Source of the DNA: an uncultured Actinomycetota bacterium
GTDB taxonomy: Bacteria > Actinomycetota > Actinomycetes > JAFAQI01
Length of the DNA stretch: 64,000 nt
Direction: 5' to 3'
NCBI GenBank assembly: GCA_963770565.1
Contig: CAVYQE010000002.1
Coordinates: 800,001-864,000 of the forward strand
Shown: positions 56,798 through 64,000 of the stretch, in pieces
How the letters are laid out: each line of letters begins with the position of its first letter
How positions within the stretch are numbered: position 1 is the stretch's first letter
The notes under the pieces: generated by a model
Seen by the model: only the letters and a program-made list of their open reading frames with translations
What the model was told of the DNA's origin: nothing
The model's database searches: none
Made by a program: the position numbers and the translations under genes

Positions 56798-59023
56798 ATG
56801 AGCCGGAGCAGCGAGATCGCGCGCGAGCAGGAACTCGTGACGCGGCTCTACCACCGGCTCGACGCGCTACGGGACCAGGCCCGCGACCGGTTGGCCGAGG
56901 TACGGCGGCGCGGTGCATCGGGCACGCCGCAGGCCCGGAGCGAACGCGATGCGTTCGCCACCCTGTACGAGGACCGGCTGGCCCAGCTCGAGGCGGTCGA
57001 GCCGAACCTGTGTTTCGGCCGGCTCGACTTCACCACCGGCGATCAGCTGCATGTCGGCCGGATCGGGCTGACCGACGATCACCTCGACACGTTGCTGGTC
57101 GACTGGCGGGCTCCGGCGGCCGAGCCGTTCTACCGCGCGACACCGGCCGAGCCGCACGGGGTGAGCCGGCGCCGGCACCTGCGCACCCGCGGCCGGGCCG
57201 TGCTCGACGTGGAGGACGACGTCTTCGACGTCGACGAGCTCACCGACGCCGACCGCGAGACGCTCGGCGGCGGCGGCGCCCTGCTGGCCGCGCTCAACGC
57301 CTCGCGTACCGGCCGGATGCGCGACATCGTGGCCACGATCCAGGCCGAGCAGGACCGGGTGATCCGCGCCGACCCGGCCGGCGTCCTGGTCGTGCAGGGC
57401 GGTCCGGGCACGGGCAAGACTGCGGTCGCGCTGCACCGCGCGGCGTACCTGCTCTACACCCACCGCGACCGGTTGGCCCGCACCGGCGTGCTCGTGGTCG
57501 GACCGGGGCCGGCGTTCGTGCGTTACATCGAGCGGGTGCTGCCCTCGCTCGGTGAGACCGGGGTGCTGCTCTCGACCGTCGACGGGCTGGTCTCCGACGT
57601 CAAGGTCACCGGCCGTGACTCCCCCGCAGTCGCTGCCCTAAAGGCGGACCTGCGGATGGCGGAGCTGGTCGAGGCCGCGGTGACCGCGCGGCAACGAGTG
57701 CCCGAAGAGCCGGTGGTGATCGGCTTCGAGGAGCACGAGCTCGTGCTGACGCCAAACGACATCGCAGCGGCTCGCGCGCGCGCCCGCCGCTCGCGCCGGC
57801 GGCACAACCGGGCTCGCTACGCCTTCGCCAAGCAGCTCCTCCGGCTCGTGGTCGGGCGGCTCAGCGAGGTCGATGCCGAGCTCGCGCGGGAGCGGTGGGT
57901 CGTGCGCACGCTGATGGCGGCCGACGACTTCCGTGCGGTGGTCGACGACTGCTGGCCGCGGCTGAGCCCCGCCGACCTGATCCGCGACCTGCTGACGACC
58001 GCGGGTCTGGCGACGGTGGCCGGGGACCTGCTCTCGCCCGAGGAGGCGCGGCTGCTGGCCAGAGAGCCGGACGCGCCGTGGACCTCGGGCGACGTACCAC
58101 TACTCGACGAGGCGTGGTCATACCTCGGTGACCCGGACGAGGTCTTGCGCGCCGCGGCCGAGCGTCGTCGGCTGCGGGCCGACCGGGAGTACGCGCAGCA
58201 GGTCGTTGCGGCCGGGGGCCTGCGCGGGCAGGTTGACGCGGACCTGCTCGCCGAGCGGTACGCCGGGCCGGGCGTCACGAGTCGCGCGGTCGTGGAGCGG
58301 GCGTCGACCGACCCGGACTGGGAGTACGGCCACGTCATCGTCGACGAGGCACAGGAACTATCGCCGATGGCGTGGCGGATGCTGATCCGCCGCTGCCCGT
58401 TGCGGTCGATGACCGTGGTCGGCGACATCGCGCAGACCTCCGCACCGTGGGGCGTGCGGTCCTGGGGTCAGGCGCTCGATCCGGTCGCCCCGCAGCGCTG
58501 GCGGGTCGCCGAGCTCACCGTGAACTACCGCACGCCGAGTGAGGTCATGGCGGTTGCCGCCGACGTACTGGCCGCGGTCGACCCCGCCGCCGAGTCACCG
58601 TCGTCGGTGCGCGAGGCCGGCCAGCAGCCGCTGTCGCATCGGGTCCCCCAGGGCGCGGACCTGCCCGGTTGCGTCGCCGACGTCGTCGCGCAGGCGCGGG
58701 CCGCGGTCGGCGACGGCAAGGTGGCGGTCATCACGCCGGAGCGGTGGTACGACGCGCTGGTCGGCGCGGTCGGCGACCGCTTCCCGGGCGAGGTCGGCAC
58801 CGGTGCGGCCGGCCTCGACGCGGCGATCGCCGTACTCGGGGTGACCGAGGCCAAGGGCCTGGAGTTCGACGCGGTCGTGCTGGCCGAGCCGGGCGACTGG
58901 ATCGCGACCGGTGACCGTGGCCTGCGCGACCTCTACGTCGCGCTGACCCGGGCGACGCAGCGCCTCGACGTGGTCCATTCCGGCGAGGTCCCTGCGGTGC
59001 TCAGTCGGTTGGTGCCGGCGTAG
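56798..59023 (+). CDS. helD: HelD-family SF1 helicase-like RNA polymerase recycling ATPase
   Basis: LCFGRLD, DWRAP.A.PFY.AT, MRDIVATIQ.EQD, QGGPGTGKT.VALHRAAYLLY, VDEAQ, GD.AQ, KGLEFD, LYVALTRATQ. Confidence 0.9.
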   Translation: MSRSSEIAREQELVTRLYHRLDALRDQARDRLAEVRRRGASGTPQARSERDAFATLYEDRLAQLEAVEPNLCFGRLDFTTGDQLHVGRIGLTDDHLDTLLVDWRAPAAEPFYRATPAEPHGVSRRRHLRTRGRAVLDVEDDVFDVDELTDADRETLGGGGALLAALNASRTGRMRDIVATIQAEQDRVIRADPAGVLVVQGGPGTGKTAVALHRAAYLLYTHRDRLARTGVLVVGPGPAFVRYIERVLPSLGETGVLLSTVDGLVSDVKVTGRDSPAVAALKADLRMAELVEAAVTARQRVPEEPVVIGFEEHELVLTPNDIAAARARARRSRRRHNRARYAFAKQLLRLVVGRLSEVDAELARERWVVRTLMAADDFRAVVDDCWPRLSPADLIRDLLTTAGLATVAGDLLSPEEARLLAREPDAPWTSGDVPLLDEAWSYLGDPDEVLRAAAERRRLRADREYAQQVVAAGGLRGQVDADLLAERYAGPGVTSRAVVERASTDPDWEYGHVIVDEAQELSPMAWRMLIRRCPLRSMTVVGDIAQTSAPWGVRSWGQALDPVAPQRWRVAELTVNYRTPSEVMAVAADVLAAVDPAAESPSSVREAGQQPLSHRVPQGADLPGCVADVVAQARAAVGDGKVAVITPERWYDALVGAVGDRFPGEVGTGAAGLDAAIAVLGVTEAKGLEFDAVVLAEPGDWIATGDRGLRDLYVALTRATQRLDVVHSGEVPAVLSRLVPA

Positions 59024-59276
59024 CGGTCGAGCTGGCCGGACGGGCGGCACCGACCTGATCGAGGTCCTCGCGGGCCAGTTGCTCGATGACGGCGATGACC
59101 GCCGGGATGCCCTCGGCCTTCGGGTCGAGCTTGCCGTCGGGCCCGGCGGTCGTGTCGACCGCTTCCCGGACGGCTCGGGTCACCGTGCGGAGCGGGATCG
59201 AGGCGTAGTCCTCGGCGAGCCGCTGGGTGAGCTCCAACACGAGCCGGTCCGGCGTCGCTCGGCGCAGGCCGGGCAC
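59001..59276 (-). CDS. Small hypothetical helical protein (three-helix-bundle-like)
   Basis: AAGGAGG RBS then GTG 59276; 91 aa, LTQRLAEDY..IP..TV..AVREA...IEQLAREDL; overlaps the helD 3' end by 23 nt. Confidence 0.6.
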   Translation of the reverse strand: MPGLRRATPDRLVLELTQRLAEDYASIPLRTVTRAVREAVDTTAGPDGKLDPKAEGIPAVIAVIEQLAREDLDQVGAARPASSTATPAPTD

Positions 59277-59404
59277 GGTGAGCCTCCTTGAAGGGGGTGG
59301 GCGGTGCAACCAGTACGTAGTCCTTCCCACCCGCGGGCGGGTCAACCCCGCCGGACCGCCATCGGGGTGTTGACCCGCTGGGCCGGGCTCGTAACCTGAC
59401 CGAC

Positions 59405-61480
59405 GTGACAGCACCGGCAGAGTCGTTCCCGCGGCAGCGTGCCCGCACCCAGCGGTTCACCCTCGGCGAGCCGCGCACGGTCTCGATCTGCGCGGACGGC
59501 CGCCGGATCCTGTTCTTGCGGGCGGCGGCCGGCGACGATGCCCGGACCGGCCTGTGGGTGCTCGACCTGCCGGACGGGGACGAGCGCGCGGTCGTGGATC
59601 CGGCTGCCGACGACAACCTGCCGGCGGCCGAGCGGATGCGTCGTGAGCGGGTCCGGGAGGGTGCCTCGGGCGTCGTGTCGTACGCCTGTGACGACGCCGG
59701 GCGGGTGGGGGCGTACGCCCTCGGCGGCCGATTGCACGTAGTCGACGTCGATACCGGCGAGGTGCGGGCGCTCGGCGACGCGCAGTCGTGCTTCGACCCG
59801 CGGCCGGACCCGACCGGGCGGCGGGTGGCGTACGTCGATGGCGGCGACCTTCGTCTGGTCGGCGTCGACGGCGCCGATGACCGGGTGCTCGTCGGCGAGC
59901 CGGCCGAGGCCGTGTCGTGGGGGCGGGCCGAGTTCGTCGCGGCCGAGGAGATGAACCGCTTCCGGGGGTTCTGGTGGTCCCCCGACGGCGACGCACTGCT
60001 CGTCGCCCGGGTGGACGAGGCTCCGGTTCAGCAGTGGTGGATCGCCGACCCGGCGCACCCGGACCGGCCGCCAACCCCGGTCCGCTATCCGGCGGCCGGG
60101 ACACCCAACGCCGACGTCACGCTCTGGCTGGTCGGCGTTGACGGAGCCCGTCGCGAGGTCGAGTGGGACCGCGAGCGCTTCCCCTACCTGTGCCAGGTCG
60201 GCTGGCGCGAGGCCGGCCCGCCGCTGGTGACCGTCGCGACCCGCGACCAGCACGCGATCGCGATGCTTCGCGTCGACCCGGCTGCGGCGACCACTGCGGT
60301 CTTGTGCGAAGACACCGACGAGTGCTGGGTCGATCTGCAATCCGGTGTGCCCATCTGGCTCGGCGATCAGCTGGTCCGGATCTCGGTCGCGGACGGTGGC
60401 TATCGGCTCTTTGTCGGCGACCGGGCGGTCACGGCGCCCGAGCTCTATGTCCGATCCGTGGTCGGCGTCACCGACGACGCGGTCGTGCTGACCGCGTCCG
60501 CCGGCGAACCGACCGAGGTCGGGGTCTATCGCTGGAGCGAAGCCGGCCTCGAATGCCTGACCCCGGAGCCCGGCGTCCATCGGGCCGTGGTCGGTGGCGG
60601 TACAACGGTGATCAGCTCGGCCACGATGGGCACCGACGGCAGTTGCGCGGTGGTGCACGCCGAGGGATCGACCCGGCGGCTTGCGTCGTACGCCGTGGTG
60701 TCGTCGTTGCAGCCGGCGGTGCGGATGCTGAAGCTCGGGGCGCGCGGGCTGTCCGCGGGTCTGCTGCTGCCACGCGACCACCGGCCGGGCACGCCGTTGC
60801 CGGTCGTGCTCGATCCGTATGGCGGCCCGCATGCGCAGCGAGTGCTGGCGGCCAAGAGCGCCTGGCTGGAGCCGCAGTGGCTCGCCGATCAGGGGTTCGC
60901 GGTGCTGGTCGTGGACGGCCGGGGCACGCCGGGACGGGACCCGGCATGGGAGCGGGAGATCCACCTCGATTTCGCCGGACCGGTGCTCGACGACCAGGTC
61001 GATGCGCTGCATGCCGCGGCCGAGATCGAGCCGGACCTCGACCTGCGGCGGGTCGGGATCCGCGGCTGGTCATTCGGCGGTTGGTTGACGGCGCTGGCGG
61101 TGCTGCGACGGCCCGACGTGTTCGCGGTCGGAGTCGCGGGCGCTCCGGTCACCGACTGGGCGCTCTACGACACCTTCTACACCGAGCGCTACCTCGGGCT
61201 GCCCGCGGAGCAACCGGAGGCGTACCGGCAGTGCTCGTTGCTCGACGATGCGCCGTCGCTGTCGCGGCCGCTGATGGTGATCCACGGACTGGCGGACGAC
61301 AACGTGGTCGCCGCGCACACCCTGCGCTTCTCGCAGCGGCTGACCGAGGCCGGCCGGCCGCACACCGTCCTGCCGCTGACCGGGGTCACCCACATGACGC
61401 CGCAGGAAGCGGTGGCGGAGAACCTGCTGCTGCTCCAGGTCGAGTTCCTGCGCCGGCACCTCGTCGACGTCGACACGTAG
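59405..61480 (+). CDS. S9 family dipeptidyl-peptidase IV-like serine peptidase
   Basis: AEFVAAEEM.R..G.WWSPDG, YGGP, GWSFGG nucleophile, YTERYLG, HG..DDNV, H; promoter TTGACC-N16-TAACCT, leaderless. Confidence 0.93.
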   Translation: MTAPAESFPRQRARTQRFTLGEPRTVSICADGRRILFLRAAAGDDARTGLWVLDLPDGDERAVVDPAADDNLPAAERMRRERVREGASGVVSYACDDAGRVGAYALGGRLHVVDVDTGEVRALGDAQSCFDPRPDPTGRRVAYVDGGDLRLVGVDGADDRVLVGEPAEAVSWGRAEFVAAEEMNRFRGFWWSPDGDALLVARVDEAPVQQWWIADPAHPDRPPTPVRYPAAGTPNADVTLWLVGVDGARREVEWDRERFPYLCQVGWREAGPPLVTVATRDQHAIAMLRVDPAAATTAVLCEDTDECWVDLQSGVPIWLGDQLVRISVADGGYRLFVGDRAVTAPELYVRSVVGVTDDAVVLTASAGEPTEVGVYRWSEAGLECLTPEPGVHRAVVGGGTTVISSATMGTDGSCAVVHAEGSTRRLASYAVVSSLQPAVRMLKLGARGLSAGLLLPRDHRPGTPLPVVLDPYGGPHAQRVLAAKSAWLEPQWLADQGFAVLVVDGRGTPGRDPAWEREIHLDFAGPVLDDQVDALHAAAEIEPDLDLRRVGIRGWSFGGWLTALAVLRRPDVFAVGVAGAPVTDWALYDTFYTERYLGLPAEQPEAYRQCSLLDDAPSLSRPLMVIHGLADDNVVAAHTLRFSQRLTEAGRPHTVLPLTGVTHMTPQEAVAENLLLLQVEFLRRHLVDVDT

Positions 61481-61615
61481 CCGCTGCTGCCGATCTTCGC
61501 CCTCGTCGCCGATTCTTGCTCTACGCCGTAGGACCGGTCGTAAGCGCGCAGGTCCAGGAGTGCTTCGTTCGTGAACAGGTCATGGGGGTCGAGTTGCTGT
61601 GAAATCATCCGTTCC

Positions 61616-63598
61616 ATGAGGCGGGGTGGGTTTCTGGCGGTGCTCGCACTTGGGGTCGCGTTGTTGATCGGGATGCCAACGGCGGTCGCGACGAGTAACG
61701 CGTTCACGCCGAAGGCGGCACCGTCGCTGAACGGCAATGGCAGCGGCTTGCAGCTGAACGCGGTCGACTGCTCCTCGCCCGGGAACTGCGTCGCCGTCGG
61801 GACCGATTCGGGCTCCGGTGCGATCGACGTGGAGTCTGACGGCAAGTGGACGGCGGTGCCCTTGAGCGCGCGTACCGGGGCCGAGTCGACCGACCTCATG
61901 TCGGTGTCTTGTCCCGCGGCCGGGGCGTGCGTGGCGGTGGGGACGTCGGGCAGTCAGGGAGTGATCGAGACCCAGAAGGGCCACACCTGGAGCGGAACCA
62001 TGGTGACCGGCCCCGAGGGATTCTTCGCGTCGTACGAGGGCTCCTTTGCGTCTGTGTCATGTCCGGCGGTGGGGTCGTGCGCAGCCGTGGGGCAAGCGAT
62101 CATCAACAACACGCACACCGGCTTGTTGGACACCGATGGCCTGATCGCGGACCTCATCCCCTCCGGCAAGGCGAGCGCCTGGTCGGCGCGGAAGGCCCCG
62201 GAGAACTACCGCGACGCGACCGAGGGCGCCACGCTGGCCGGCGTCTCGTGCTCGGCTCCGGGCGAGTGCCGAGCCGTCGGCTACGCGCTGGACGACACGT
62301 CGAACAAGACCAAGTACGCGCTGGTCGACGACGAGAAGCACTACGCCTGGGCTCATGGTGCCGCGGCCGTTCCGGCAGACGCGAGCGGCGGCCCGGCCGC
62401 TCTGGTGTCAATCTCCTGCATCGGAGACACGTTCATCTGCATGGCCGGCGGCAGCTACTCCGCGAAGAACCAGGGATCGGCGCCGATGATCCAGACCATC
62501 GACGCGGTCGACCACGCCCAGGTCACCGCTGGACTGGTGCCGATCGAGGACACCTCAGCCGAGCTGCTCGCGACCTCGTGCGCGACCGACGGGACCTGCG
62601 AGTCGGTGGGTGACGCTTACGACAGCCCGGGCGATCCGACCTACGGATACGGCTGGGATGGCTACATCGTCAGCCACACCTACGGGGCACCCGCCGGCAA
62701 GAGCGCGGGGGTCGTCGCGTCGAACACCCGCAGCCCGGGCGACGCCAACACCATCCAGCACAACGAGGTGCTGACCGCCGCGTCGTGCGTGGTGGGTGGA
62801 GTCTGCATCGCGGTCGGGCACTACGTGGACAACTACAACAACAACACTGGCCGCGAGGCGGGTGTCATCGACACCCGCACCTACGACAGCGACGGCAACA
62901 TCACCCACGAGACCGACGTCAGGGCCCCTGAGCCTGCGAACGACCCCTCGACCGATGACCAGGCGCCGCTGAACGGCGTGAGCTGCAACACCTCCACCCA
63001 CTGCGTGGCGGTGGGCAGTTACCTCAACGACTCGAATCCGCGCGGCGTGATCGAGTCGTTGGGCGGGGCGACCAAACCGCCGCCGACCATCACCCACATC
63101 AGCCCCGCCCACGGCCGCCCGGCGGGCGGCACGAAGGTGACGATCAGCGGCCTACAACTGACGCACGTCACCGCGGTGAAGTTCGGCAACAAGTCCGGCA
63201 CCGGACTCCATGTGGTCAGCTCCACCCAGCTCACGGTCAAAGCGCCCGCCCATGCGGCCGGCGTCGTCGACGTGCGGGTCCTGATCGGCGGTGGGGTCAG
63301 CAGTGCGATCACGCCCACTGATCACTACACCTATGTCGCGCCGCCGGTAGTCACGAACATCAGCCCAGCGAAAGGCACCCGGCACGGTGGCACCAAGGTG
63401 ACCATCACCGGCCACCACCTCTCCGGTGCCACCAAGGTGAAGTTCGGCGCTGTGGCCGGCACCCAGGTGAAGGTTCAGTCGGCCGGCACCATCGTCGTCA
63501 CCGCACCACCGCACTCCGCGGGCGAGGTGGACGTGCGCGTCGTCACCAAGGGGGGCACCAGCAGGACCAGTAAGAACGACACGTTCCGCTTCACCTGA
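61616..63598 (+). CDS. Secreted protein with eight Cys-pair repeats (beta-propeller-like) and two C-terminal IPT/TIG domains
   Basis: Signal peptide; eight L..VSC.....C.AVG repeats; two P.IT.ISP..G...GGT.VTI.G......V.FG domains. Confidence 0.85.
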   Translation: MRRGGFLAVLALGVALLIGMPTAVATSNAFTPKAAPSLNGNGSGLQLNAVDCSSPGNCVAVGTDSGSGAIDVESDGKWTAVPLSARTGAESTDLMSVSCPAAGACVAVGTSGSQGVIETQKGHTWSGTMVTGPEGFFASYEGSFASVSCPAVGSCAAVGQAIINNTHTGLLDTDGLIADLIPSGKASAWSARKAPENYRDATEGATLAGVSCSAPGECRAVGYALDDTSNKTKYALVDDEKHYAWAHGAAAVPADASGGPAALVSISCIGDTFICMAGGSYSAKNQGSAPMIQTIDAVDHAQVTAGLVPIEDTSAELLATSCATDGTCESVGDAYDSPGDPTYGYGWDGYIVSHTYGAPAGKSAGVVASNTRSPGDANTIQHNEVLTAASCVVGGVCIAVGHYVDNYNNNTGREAGVIDTRTYDSDGNITHETDVRAPEPANDPSTDDQAPLNGVSCNTSTHCVAVGSYLNDSNPRGVIESLGGATKPPPTITHISPAHGRPAGGTKVTISGLQLTHVTAVKFGNKSGTGLHVVSSTQLTVKAPAHAAGVVDVRVLIGGGVSSAITPTDHYTYVAPPVVTNISPAKGTRHGGTKVTITGHHLSGATKVKFGAVAGTQVKVQSAGTIVVTAPPHSAGEVDVRVVTKGGTSRTSKNDTFRFT

Positions 63599-63757
63599 TG
63601 CTCTGCCCACGCCGGCTCGGAAGCGATTAGCCCGGCGCCGTACCCGCCTGTCTTCGCCGCCCCTGCGGCCGCGCGCTCCCGCGCGAAGTCGAGCGACTCG
63701 GCCCAGGTCCCGCCGAGGTCTACGCCGACCACTTCCACTACACCTGACCCAGGTCGC

Positions 63758-64000
63758 TCAGATGATTCGGCGGGCGAGCACTGGGCGGCGCATCGGGGCG
63801 ACCCGGACATTGCTACCGCTGCCAGGCGATTCGATCATTCGGTCGGGTCCGATGTAGATCGCCACATGGGTGATCGCTCCGTTTGAGCCGAACAAGAGCA
63901 GGTCCGCTGGCCGAAGGTGTGACAGCGCGGCGGCTCTGCCCGCAGTTGCTTGGTCCTGGGAGTCCCGCGGGATCGTCACTCCGTGCAGTGCGTATGCGAG
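63758..64000 (-). CDS. NlpC/P60 (C40) family protein, C-terminal part (runs off the window)
   Basis: ...HGVTIPRDSQDQ...LRPADLLLFG....HVAIYIG..RMIESP. Confidence 0.8.
   Translation of the reverse strand, partial: LAYALHGVTIPRDSQDQATAGRAAALSHLRPADLLLFGSNGAITHVAIYIGPDRMIESPGSGSNVRVAPMRRPVLARRII

Noticed and set aside
56716-59023. Rifamycin-inducible HelR resistance gene
   Set aside because: I saw no convincing rifamycin-associated palindromic element in the 82-bp upstream spacer, and the gene looks leaderless. Called generic HelD; phylogeny is needed to settle it.

Overview
High-GC actinobacterial chromosomal origin region; the gene content suggests a Frankiales/Acidothermales/Mycobacteriales-like organism (inference). 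Gene order: gnd (partial)-dnaN-oriC-dnaA | rpmH-rnpA-yidD-yidC-jag-rsmG-parA (two internal parS sites)-parB-GNAT | cwlM-trxA-trxB-anti-sigma-sigM-pseudokinase-[NlpC/P60 + Tad-pilin-like insert]-murJ-DUF6049-NUDIX | cca | MFS-ino1-padR | DUF5318-ponA-GT87-rpsF-ssb-rpsR-rplI-dnaB. An accessory stretch follows: a methylmannose-polysaccharide-like cluster, an ECF sigma/anti-sigma pair, thioesterase, F420 LLM oxidoreductase, SPFH/NfeD, 2-oxoacid dehydrogenase E1a/E1b/E2, M1 peptidase, FadE5-like acyl-CoA dehydrogenase, a form II coxSLM-DEG molybdoenzyme cluster, HelD, S9 peptidase, a secreted Cys-repeat/IPT protein and a partial NlpC/P60 gene. I saw no rRNA, tRNA, transposase or cas genes. The most striking unexplained signals are intergenic. 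(i) Three dispersed mini-arrays each carry three 15-bp palindromes GCAATGT(C/G)ACATTGC at an exact 31-bp period with variable 16-bp spacers. (ii) A structured TCGCAAGG-N41-AACGCCGCGAG element abuts the stop codons of both dnaN and dnaB. (iii) A MIRU-like, translationally coupled mini-ORF is inserted between coxS and coxL. (iv) A pilin-like/NlpC-P60 pair with a sigma28-like promoter splits the murJ-pseudokinase locus. All calls come from manual reading, with no database searches.
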